Source of the DNA: a virus | Taxonomy: Duplodnaviria; Caudoviricetes | Reading direction: 5' to 3' (one strand) | IMG/VR virus record: IMGVR_UViG_3300011334_000170 | Span: 1 to 31,266 of that record | Length of the DNA: 31,266 nucleotides | Shown here: positions 7,481 to 15,439 of the stretch, one piece after another | Numbering within the stretch: the first letter of the stretch is position 1 | Layout: the number at the start of each line of letters is the position of its first letter | Made by a program: the position numbers and the translations under genes | Notes under the pieces: model-generated | Databases searched by the model: none | What the model saw: the letters and a program-made list of their open reading frames with translations, nothing else | What the model was told of the DNA's origin: nothing

Positions 7481-7800
7481 TATCTTGAAATATCATCGTT
7501 AATAATAAACAACCCGCTTATCCAAGTAACTACTGTATCGTCTGCTAAAGTAATTTGAATATCGTATTGATATTTACACGCAGGAATATTTATAATTTGC
7601 TCATCAATTTGGAAGTCGCCACCTACTGCATCTGTAATAGTTAAAGATGGTGTAAAAGCAACAACGCCACCCGCCTCTTTTCGAAGTTGCATTAATATAG
7701 TAGCATCAGTCAAATCTAAATCAACATTATTTACCTTTATATTTATCGGTGTTTGGTAAAATGTGTCCCCTCGTTTGTGCGTGAAATTTACTGTTTTCAT
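7480..7800 (-). CDS. BppU-N-like fibre attachment / baseplate protein
   Basis: KRGDTF…DLTDATI.MQLR…YQYDIQIT…G.F pattern typical of this fold; directly precedes the fibre gene. Confidence 0.6.
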   Translation of the reverse strand: MKTVNFTHKRGDTFYQTPINIKVNNVDLDLTDATILMQLRKEAGGVVAFTPSLTITDAVGGDFQIDEQIINIPACKYQYDIQITLADDTVVTWISGLFIINDDISR

Positions 7801-7861
7801 TTGATAAATACTTTTCTAATTTCTTAATGTTTTCTTCTGTTCTTTTGTCTAATTTTCTCAT
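7727..7861 (-). CDS. small basic peptide (44 aa, MRKLDKRTEENIKKLEKYL…)
   Basis: Manual translation. ATGA overlap with the upstream stop; the 3' half overlaps the next gene. Confidence 0.35.
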   Translation of the reverse strand: MRKLDKRTEENIKKLEKYLSNENSKFHAQTRGHILPNTDKYKGK

Positions 7862-8358
7862 TGCTCTAAAAAATACCATCGGTTAAATATACTACTTTTG
7901 TGTACTGGTGGGATAATTGTATTTAATGGACTATCATATTCGGGTAATACGTTTAACGCAAGCCAACGTTCCAAACGCCCTTGATACATTTCGGCTTTTA
8001 ATCTTTGGTTATTTACCAAATAGTCAACTTCGGCTTTATCAACTGAAGCGGTGTTTTCGGGTTGCGTTTTATAAATACCATTGTTGGTAATCTTATAAGC
8101 ACCCACTAAAAGATATTCTACTGCGCTCTGATGAATCAAAAAAGGTTTAATGTAATTGTCAAACAAAGTTAAATATAAACCGCTTAAATCGTCATTTCCA
8201 AAGTCTACATCTATTTTATTAAATAAAGTTTCCCCTAGTATTTCCTCCAACCTTGTACGTTGTGCATCTGCTATACAAGGGATATACAAATCAATATCGA
8301 TATTGCCACCTAGTAGCGTATTTTTCGTGAGTTCGTTTTCTTTTAACCAAATATTCAT
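7858..8358 (-). CDS. putative head-tail adaptor (connector) protein
   Basis: 166-aa predicted helical protein directly after the portal; GNID.D…AQ…LG..LF motif. Confidence 0.6.
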   Translation of the reverse strand: MNIWLKENELTKNTLLGGNIDIDLYIPCIADAQRTRLEEILGETLFNKIDVDFGNDDLSGLYLTLFDNYIKPFLIHQSAVEYLLVGAYKITNNGIYKTQPENTASVDKAEVDYLVNNQRLKAEMYQGRLERWLALNVLPEYDSPLNTIIPPVHKSSIFNRWYFLEQ

Positions 8359-8376
8359 AATACTTTATTTTGTAGG

Positions 8377-10107
8377 TTACATATCGTGAGGAGCGATATA
8401 GACTTTTTGAGGGTTTGTAGGTGCAATTTCTCCCGCTTTTCTTACATCTGCTGGCGTTGATTGTTGCGCTGCGGTGTTTTTACCTGTTCCTATTTTTCTG
8501 TACATTTCTCTAGTCCAAAAATGCTTGCAAGTTCCATAAGGAAAAGCATCTGAAAGCAAACCACCGCCTTTCCATAAAAATATATCGTAAGGTGCATTCG
8601 GGTTTGGTCGCATACCAAAGCCTGGATTTACATTTCTCTCGCTCATAGCTTGAATATCCTCTTTACGATACAATTTATTAGCTTTCATCATAGCTTTGCA
8701 AAAACCTCTTTCGGGGTTTGGATTGCCACTATATCTGTAACGTGTAATGTATAACTTGGTATCTTGTTCTGAAACGCTTTTAGTTCGTGCAGTACCTGTA
8801 CTTAAATCTGCTAAAGCTATGTTCATTAGTTTAATAGTTGTAGCGTTTAGCCTTTCTAACTCTGCATCTCGCTCATCTTCTTTGTCGTAGTCTACGGGAT
8901 CGGAACTAACCAACTCCCACTCGTTCAAATCTATTTCCTCTCCTAAATCTGAAAAATCATCCGCAGCCATTTTGATTGGGGTTACTATTGTTTCTGTTGG
9001 GGTTATAGTTGGCTCTTCACTTCTTAAACTTTCAAACTGCAAATCTAAACTAATTCCATTTGCAGATAAAACTTCCATTAAACCATCGAGAATAATCTCT
9101 TGCTTTGGTTTGATTACATTTATCATTAATTCTGCAAAACCTACTTTGATTTCCTCTGCCGTTGAACTGAATCCGTTTGCCTCTTTTACACCAACCAACA
9201 TTGGCGAAGTAAGTTTGTGAGCAGTCATTAATTGTTGTCTAGCTTCCGCAGTTAGATATTCGTATTGTTTATGCGCCTCGCTAACTTCTAAAGCGGTTAT
9301 TGTAATTTCTGAATCCTTATTGTCATTCCAATTTAAAAAGAAATTCCCTGCCTTTTCTGAACCAGTTAAATTTTTACGAATCTTTGCAGTAGTTTCCATT
9401 ATTTCAATTTCACTCGATTGAACGCCTGCATTCATATTAATTATGTACCCAAAAGACAATCCGTTTTGAATATGCTTAATACAATAATTCTGAAATTCCT
9501 CCTCAAACTTTGCCCAAGACAATCCACTCACATAACTAGGATTGCTATAATAGAATTGACCTACTTGGTAATCTCTTATAATATAAATCTCTGAACGTTC
9601 TCCGTTTCCGCTGCCAAAACCAAACGCATCATAACGCTCGGGTTTATACTTGTTTGTTTTAGTCCAATCATAAGAGTAGTAATACCCAGTAATATCGCCA
9701 TCTTCATTTGCCACCTCTGGAGCAACCTTTTCCTTTGCAATATGGTAGACTTTTTTAACAACATTGTTTAAGTACTTTACTTCAACACTAGCCTCGCCAA
9801 ACATTTCAAAGTCTTTACAAATGCGTCTTAAATCTTTTTTAGAAAAGATAGTCGATAATGCGCTCCACTCTTTTACTTTGGTTGCTTTCTCGTTCGATGT
9901 CAAGCCTTTTCCGTAAATAAATTGCGAATAACTATCAATTATAGCACTATTAGTAGTTGAGCCGTTATAAGCGTCTATAATCGTTTTATAAAATTCGTTG
10001 TTATTGCCGTTTAAAACCCATTTTTTACCTTGTACTTCCTTAATTTCTGGTCGTATGTAGTTGCTTAATTGGATTTCAAATACTCTTTGTTGTGGTTTAT
10101 CAGACAT
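8377..10107 (-). CDS. portal protein with a C-terminal Cys/His-containing extension
   Basis: About 360-aa portal-like region (STTNSAII, YYSNPSY, LTGSEKAG, AHKLTSP.L.G, NVIKPKQ), then a linker and an RGFC…KGG…CKHFW domain. Confidence 0.75.
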   Translation of the reverse strand: MSDKPQQRVFEIQLSNYIRPEIKEVQGKKWVLNGNNNEFYKTIIDAYNGSTTNSAIIDSYSQFIYGKGLTSNEKATKVKEWSALSTIFSKKDLRRICKDFEMFGEASVEVKYLNNVVKKVYHIAKEKVAPEVANEDGDITGYYYSYDWTKTNKYKPERYDAFGFGSGNGERSEIYIIRDYQVGQFYYSNPSYVSGLSWAKFEEEFQNYCIKHIQNGLSFGYIINMNAGVQSSEIEIMETTAKIRKNLTGSEKAGNFFLNWNDNKDSEITITALEVSEAHKQYEYLTAEARQQLMTAHKLTSPMLVGVKEANGFSSTAEEIKVGFAELMINVIKPKQEIILDGLMEVLSANGISLDLQFESLRSEEPTITPTETIVTPIKMAADDFSDLGEEIDLNEWELVSSDPVDYDKEDERDAELERLNATTIKLMNIALADLSTGTARTKSVSEQDTKLYITRYRYSGNPNPERGFCKAMMKANKLYRKEDIQAMSERNVNPGFGMRPNPNAPYDIFLWKGGGLLSDAFPYGTCKHFWTREMYRKIGTGKNTAAQQSTPADVRKAGEIAPTNPQKVYIAPHDM

Positions 10108-10109
10108 TA

Positions 10110-10418
10110 TTATACTTTTAAAATACCTTTGTTCATTTCGTAGTTTTCTAAATCGGTTTGAGCAGTTACATAAGCCTTTCCTCTGTACGTTATATTGCCA
10201 TTTTCTAGGACTTCAATCTCAAAACTTTGCCCCTCTGTCATTGGAAAGCCAGTAAAAGGAATCATTAATTGAAAGTTTTGATAGTAAACCGCATCGTATT
10301 CGATTGCATAGGTTATATTTTTGGTTTCATCTCTGAAATTTAACACAATTTCGCCACCATTATAACTAGATGGAATACATTTAAAGGTTCGTGTAGTGGA
10401 TAAATCGAATACTATCAT
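10110..10418 (-). CDS. putative virion structural protein (102 aa)
   Basis: ORF track; YRGKAYVT motif; preceded by the candidate late-promoter motif. Confidence 0.65.
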   Translation of the reverse strand: MIVFDLSTTRTFKCIPSSYNGGEIVLNFRDETKNITYAIEYDAVYYQNFQLMIPFTGFPMTEGQSFEIEVLENGNITYRGKAYVTAQTDLENYEMNKGILKV

Positions 10419-10447
10419 AATACTATAACTAAATAAATCTATTTTGT
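10419..10447 (-). promoter_or_regulatory. candidate phage late promoter, copy 3
   Basis: ACAAA-ATAGATTTA-TTTAGTTA-TAGTATT-ATG. Confidence 0.65.
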
Positions 10448-10450
10448 AAC

Positions 10451-10477
10451 AAAAAACCCACCGATTAAGTGGGTTTT
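10451..10477 (-). terminator. intrinsic terminator after the major tail gene (possibly bidirectional)
   Basis: AAAACCCAC/GTGGGTTTT stem with flanking A and T runs. Confidence 0.75.
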
Positions 10478-10499
10478 ATAGTAGGTATAGGACAAAAAG

Positions 10500-11027
10500 T
10501 TAAGAAACAACGTCTTCAGATACCAAAGTGAAAAGGTCTGTTTTAGCACCTGCATCCAAAAATGGTGATAAACTTCCCTCTTCGGCAGTAATTGTTAAAG
10601 TATAGCCAGTCAAGTCACCACCTGCACCACCTGTTACTTTAGTACAATTCGCCATCGTTCCATTGGTTGCTCCTAAAAGCATAATATTTCCGTTATAATC
10701 TTCAACAAATACAAAAGGTCTGCCTTGACAAATTAATTGTACTTGCGCTTGTAAGTCTGCTGCCAATTTTGGTAGCGTAACCGCCAAAGATTGAGCAACT
10801 AAATACGTTCCGTTATCTTCTGAAGAAGTGCCAGTTTCTGTTAGTGTGTTTGTTGTTGCTTTTACTTCGTACTTAAATACTTCGGCTAAAGTACCCAAGT
10901 CTGTCAAAGTTTGAGCAGAGATAACAAACGCATATGAATCGTAGTTGGCAAAGTATAAATTTTTATACCCACCTCTTTGATTTTTACAGTTGTTTAATAA
11001 TCTACCTGCTGTAATAGGACAAGCCAT
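10500..11027 (-). CDS. putative major tail (tube) protein
   Basis: MAC.IT.GR…C…GG.K..YF; VEDYNGN…G..NG; GDLTGYTLT. Follows the capsid gene. Confidence 0.65.
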   Translation of the reverse strand: MACPITAGRLLNNCKNQRGGYKNLYFANYDSYAFVISAQTLTDLGTLAEVFKYEVKATTNTLTETGTSSEDNGTYLVAQSLAVTLPKLAADLQAQVQLICQGRPFVFVEDYNGNIMLLGATNGTMANCTKVTGGAGGDLTGYTLTITAEEGSLSPFLDAGAKTDLFTLVSEDVVS

Positions 11028-11040
11028 AATTTATAAATTT

Positions 11041-11068
11041 AAAATAAGGGCGGTAACTAAACCGCCCT
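11041..11068 (-). terminator. terminator/attenuator after the major capsid gene
   Basis: AGGGCGGT (11047-11054) / ACCGCCCT (11061-11068) stem followed by TATTTT on the minus strand. Confidence 0.7.
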
Positions 11069-11077
11069 AGTTACTTA

Positions 11078-12112
11078 TTATCCTCCGTAAAGTACATTCC
11101 ATTTTTGTAGAGTAACCCAAGTAGTCATCGTATTGATGATTTTAAGGATTCTGCGAGTAGATGCGTTTGCTTCTTTTTCGATAATCAATTGAGATGAATC
11201 GCTCAACAAATCCATAACTAATTTTAAGTTTGATTTTTGTGCTGCAATTCTAAATCCTACCAAATCAACAAATATAATGTTAACATCATTAAAATACATA
11301 TCATTAAATGATGTACCGACAAAGTTTTCTTGTAACGCTGCGCCTTGTACTCTGTTTACAGTTTTGATGAGTTTATAATCTCCTTTAGGTGCGTAGATAA
11401 CTGGCGCTTCCTCTCCCGTTTTTACTAAAACATCGTCTGGTATTGTGTTGTAAATTTTCACATACTCTGCAACAATAGTAGATGCTGTAACTGCTGCAAT
11501 CGATAATACTTTTTTATAATCGCCTAAACCTGCACCCGGTGTTGCTTTTGAGTTTGAATCATTATAAAGCATTGTTGCGGGAATAGAATCGAATAACGTA
11601 GTTGGCATTGCTGCTACTAAAGTTTGCGCTCCTGCTGAAATACTGCCTTGACCTGCTCCCGGTGTTAATGCTGCGATAGCTGCTTTTGTTGCAGTTGTAG
11701 CACCATTCCAAACATTTGATTCTAATTTTGCTCCCGTTGCAGGCTGTACTTGAATTAATACTCTTTGATCGAACTCATCTGAAACAACGTTAAACGCACC
11801 AGCTTGCATTGACTTTTCAAATCTAGTACCTAACAAAGAACTTTCATCGATGATTCCCTCAACATTAAAAGTCTTGAGGTTTACGGTTGATTTTTGAGCT
11901 GATAATGTAACGTTGTCTGCGGTTACTGGTCCGTAATTAGCTGCTGAAAAAGTAACAGATGCTGAACTTTCGTAAATATCCATTCCCGATTTGTGTCCCT
12001 CTACTAATTCAATTGTTTCTCCTCTAAAGGTTGGAGAATCCGCATATATCTCTTGGATAATTTCTGGAAACTCTGATTGGGCTGTTTTTGTCCCTGTAAA
12101 TGATACTGCCAT
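11078..12112 (-). CDS. putative major capsid protein (344 aa)
   Basis: Size, position after the protease/scaffold, a downstream terminator, and the VWNG motif. Confidence 0.7.
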   Translation of the reverse strand: MAVSFTGTKTAQSEFPEIIQEIYADSPTFRGETIELVEGHKSGMDIYESSASVTFSAANYGPVTADNVTLSAQKSTVNLKTFNVEGIIDESSLLGTRFEKSMQAGAFNVVSDEFDQRVLIQVQPATGAKLESNVWNGATTATKAAIAALTPGAGQGSISAGAQTLVAAMPTTLFDSIPATMLYNDSNSKATPGAGLGDYKKVLSIAAVTASTIVAEYVKIYNTIPDDVLVKTGEEAPVIYAPKGDYKLIKTVNRVQGAALQENFVGTSFNDMYFNDVNIIFVDLVGFRIAAQKSNLKLVMDLLSDSSQLIIEKEANASTRRILKIINTMTTWVTLQKWNVLYGG

Positions 12113-12118
12113 AGTTTT

Positions 12119-12298
12119 TTATTGTTTATTGTTGTTTTTATAATTCACTAATTCTTCTAAAATCCAATCGATTTCTTCTTGTTCTAAGTTGCCTTTTAGA
12201 TAATCTGCAACATCTGTTTCTTTTGGAATTGCCTTTAAAAATTCCTCGTAAGTTATACCCTCTTTTAAAGGATTTACAAATGTTTTTTCTTTTGCCAT
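12119..12298 (-). CDS. small acidic protein (59 aa, MAKEKTFVNPLKEG…)
   Basis: Manual translation; fills the gap between the scaffold and capsid genes. Confidence 0.7.
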   Translation of the reverse strand: MAKEKTFVNPLKEGITYEEFLKAIPKETDVADYLKGNLEQEEIDWILEELVNYKNNNKQ

Positions 12299-12301
12299 TT
12301 T

Positions 12302-13396
12302 TTACAATTTACCTCTGTTATACAATGTTTTTTCATAGTTGCTCATTTGCTCATAAGTCTTTGCAACTTTAACTTCTGGCTTTGCTTTTGTACTTGCGCT
12401 TAATTGGATTTCTTTAGCTTCTGTAATTTCAGCTTTCAATTCAACTTTTAAATCGTTGATTTGCTTTGCTACTTCGCTAGATAAATTCATTACGATTGAT
12501 TTGATTAACGCTTCAAATTTTGCATCGTTATTCATTTCAACTTCTACCTCTACTTCCGCTTCGGCTGGTTTAATTTCAGCAATCATACCCGCTTCCGTAA
12601 TTACCAAGATGCTACCATCTTCGAGTTCGTGTTCGCCAACTGGTGCAGGAGTAGTCGTGCCATCTTCGGCTACGATGTTTACTTCTTGACCAGCCTCGAA
12701 ACTTGCCGCTTCTAAAACTGTAACGCCATCGCTAAGTTTCATTTGTGCTAATTGCACTTCCACCACTTCGGGTGCTGGTTCATCTGTCGATAGTTTTATC
12801 GCAGCGAATCCCTCTTTAATTGCGTTTGCAATCGCTTCTAAATTCATAGACTCATTATTTAAATTAATTTTCTCTAAACCGAACTTTGTACCATCTATTG
12901 AAAAGCCTTTCACTTTTCCAGTCTTAATATAATCGTTCCAAACTTCGTCATTGTTTATTTTCTGCATTGCGAATAATGTACCTACTGGTTGATTAAATCC
13001 ATACAAAACCGACTTATCGTGTACATCATCTTCTTTTATCCAAGTTTCCACGAACGTAACGTCTTCAATAAATTTCCCATCGTGTTCGATAGTGCTATTG
13101 TTCTGAAAGCCGTTTTTGATAAACTTCTCTTGAATCCCTTTTATCGTTTCCGCTTCAAACATAATGTTAAAAGGTTCGCCACCATCGGGATCGTTTCTTA
13201 ATATTAATTGATTTGGAATTAAAACCGCACCTACTACAATTCTCTTTTCATTATCTACTGTTGCTAATTGTATTTCAGTTTCCTTTTCTGCTGAAAGTGA
13301 AATAAACAATTCCTTTGTTGCAGGGTCATCTACAAGTGAAATAGCGTAAATCCCGCTTTCGTCGTTTTCGTTAAGAATTACTTTGTACGTTTGCAT
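12302..13396 (-). CDS. XkdF-like prohead protease fused to an acidic scaffold
   Basis: AISLVDDPA, G.VLIPNQ.I.R, STIEH, VETWI, IKTGKVKGFSIDG. The C-terminal half is acidic with APVGEHELEDG. Confidence 0.8.
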   Translation of the reverse strand: MQTYKVILNENDESGIYAISLVDDPATKELFISLSAEKETEIQLATVDNEKRIVVGAVLIPNQLILRNDPDGGEPFNIMFEAETIKGIQEKFIKNGFQNNSTIEHDGKFIEDVTFVETWIKEDDVHDKSVLYGFNQPVGTLFAMQKINNDEVWNDYIKTGKVKGFSIDGTKFGLEKINLNNESMNLEAIANAIKEGFAAIKLSTDEPAPEVVEVQLAQMKLSDGVTVLEAASFEAGQEVNIVAEDGTTTPAPVGEHELEDGSILVITEAGMIAEIKPAEAEVEVEVEMNNDAKFEALIKSIVMNLSSEVAKQINDLKVELKAEITEAKEIQLSASTKAKPEVKVAKTYEQMSNYEKTLYNRGKL

Positions 13397-13425
13397 ACTC
13401 TTTTAACTAAATTAAATTTGTTTGT
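13397..13425 (-). promoter_or_regulatory. candidate phage late promoter, copy 2
   Basis: ACAAA-CAAATTTAA-TTTAGTTA-AAAGAGT-ATG. Confidence 0.65.
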
Positions 13426-13436
13426 TATAAACTTTT

Positions 13437-15314
13437 TTATCCTAAACTAGCATTTCTTATAATATTTCTGTCTAAAGATTGTCCGCTTGTTACATCGCTA
13501 GGTACTACATAAGCCTTAACTGGCGTTTGCTCATTCGTTGCCATTATTCCTGCTAATTGATTAACTCCGCTATTGCCTACTACGTTAAATTGTGGTGCGC
13601 TTGGTGTACTTCCACCGCTAGGAACTCCACCGCCACCACCGCCACCGCTTGGGGTTTTAACTGCTAATATCTTTTTTACGTTTGCCAATCCTGCAGCTAC
13701 TGCTACACCTGCTGCAATACCACCCAATGCTGGACCAACTACTGGAATACCTGCAAGTGATTTATAAGCTGCGGTTGCACTTTGATAGGTATCTATTGTT
13801 GTTGCCGCTATTGCTGCGGCTTTCCCTGCTGCGGTTGATTCTCCTAATAATGTAGCTGCTTGCTTTAAAGTGTTTGAACCTGCTGCCAACCATTGCTCAC
13901 GTGCAGCGGCTTTCTTCTTTTCGATTTCCTCTTGAGTTTCTGCGTTTGCTTTTTTATTGGCTGTATCGCCATCCTCTAAGGCTTTTTTGTCGGTATAAAA
14001 TTTAGCATCTAGTAATAAAGTCGATTGATGAGCCGCTTCTAAAATTGCCCTTTCTTCATCGTACTTTTCTTGTAATTTTTGAGCAGGAGTTTTCGCATTA
14101 TCTTTAAGACCTTGTTGAATATCGTCTGCTTTCTTTTTAACCTCTGCTTCTTTGTCTAATCTGTTTTGTTCTAATTTAGCTTTTAATGCTTCTAAATCCT
14201 CTGCATCTTTTAAATAATTTTCACGCTCTTTTTTTCTTGCGTCTGCTGCTTTTTTACTAGCCTCATTAGTTTTTTGATTTTCTTTATCCGCCGCCTCTTT
14301 TCTTTTCTTTTCCTTTTCATCTTCACGTTCTTTGTCGGCTGCTGCTAATTCTCTATTTAATCTTTTCGCTAATTCTATTCTATCTTTTTCAGAATTACCC
14401 TCATCTTTTAACGCTTCTAAATATCTGTTTTTGGCTTCAATTTTCTTTTTTGTAAACTCATCTAATTGGTCGCCTTGTTGCTCTAAATATTTTTTATTTA
14501 ATGCTAGTGATTTGTCGGCTGCCTCACGCATTGCATCCAAAGCCCTTGTTGCATTTGAAGTAACTCCTACAAAATCCGTTACTGAATTAACAATACCTGT
14601 AAAAAATTTACCTACTGAAGCCAGTCCGGGAATAAAATTTAAAACCGCCTCTTTTACTTTGTCAAAGTTTTGGTATAAAGCTACCAATCCCACAACTAAA
14701 GCACCAATTCCAGTACCTATAATTGCCAATCGTAACAACTTCATTCCTGTTGTTGCTGCACTTGTTGCCGCTGTTGCCGCTACTGTTGCAGTTGATTGTG
14801 CCGCAGTCGCTACTACATCTTGTCTTTTTAAGGCAATCGAACCATTTTGGATAAAATTATTTGCGGCTTGAACAATATTTAAAGACTTAATAACTGCTCC
14901 AAGTTGTTTAAAGCTATCTACGCTTTCTCCAATCTGTTGAAGTCCTTGCGATAGTGCCATTGCAGACTGAACTTTTAGAAGTGTTTTCTCTACTTCTTTT
15001 GATTCAGCACCAAACAAAGCCATTCCGCCCTGCACCGCTGCAAATCCGCCCGCTACTCCTGCAAGGGAAGCCGATAAGGCTTTAAACTTTGCATCGGGAT
15101 TGAAAGCATCTGTTAAGGCTTTAGCATCGCCAATCCTATCTTTTAACTCCCCTGCTTTTTTAGCGGCTTCGACTGCTTGTTGTGAAGTAACGCCAAACTT
15201 TGCAGATAATTCAGCGACATCGGCTTGCGCTTGTCTTAACTGACTGCGTAAAGAACCAACCGCTTCATCTGCGTTGCCTTGTATTTTTATATCAATTACT
15301 TTCTCTATTGCCAT
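13437..15314 (-). CDS. tail tape measure protein (625 aa)
   Basis: Ala-rich helical protein with TGIGALVV, a charged coiled coil and a C-terminal VKAYVV..DVT..Q. Confidence 0.8.
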   Translation of the reverse strand: MAIEKVIDIKIQGNADEAVGSLRSQLRQAQADVAELSAKFGVTSQQAVEAAKKAGELKDRIGDAKALTDAFNPDAKFKALSASLAGVAGGFAAVQGGMALFGAESKEVEKTLLKVQSAMALSQGLQQIGESVDSFKQLGAVIKSLNIVQAANNFIQNGSIALKRQDVVATAAQSTATVAATAATSAATTGMKLLRLAIIGTGIGALVVGLVALYQNFDKVKEAVLNFIPGLASVGKFFTGIVNSVTDFVGVTSNATRALDAMREAADKSLALNKKYLEQQGDQLDEFTKKKIEAKNRYLEALKDEGNSEKDRIELAKRLNRELAAADKEREDEKEKKRKEAADKENQKTNEASKKAADARKKERENYLKDAEDLEALKAKLEQNRLDKEAEVKKKADDIQQGLKDNAKTPAQKLQEKYDEERAILEAAHQSTLLLDAKFYTDKKALEDGDTANKKANAETQEEIEKKKAAAREQWLAAGSNTLKQAATLLGESTAAGKAAAIAATTIDTYQSATAAYKSLAGIPVVGPALGGIAAGVAVAAGLANVKKILAVKTPSGGGGGGGVPSGGSTPSAPQFNVVGNSGVNQLAGIMATNEQTPVKAYVVPSDVTSGQSLDRNIIRNASLG

Positions 15315-15439
15315 TTTGCTACTTTTTTAAACAACTCCCAATTAGTTGTGTATTGATATTTTCCCTTTGCGGTTTCGATTATCTCGTTGCCTTTGTATTC
15401 CTCTGCTATTTGTAGCATCTGTAAAATTTGTCTAAGCAT
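15305..15439 (-). CDS. small protein (44 aa, MLRQILQMLQ…AKGKY…)
   Basis: Manual translation; overlaps both neighbours and fills the gap. Confidence 0.6.
   Translation of the reverse strand: MLRQILQMLQIAEEYKGNEIIETAKGKYQYTTNWELFKKVAKWQ

Noticed and set aside
11529-11666. Duplicated TPGAG motif in the capsid gene
   Set aside because: Two short copies only; insufficient evidence of function.
14332-14871. 179-aa + strand ORF and other antisense ORFs within the structural and replication genes
   Set aside because: They lie opposite well-supported genes and are explained by codon bias.
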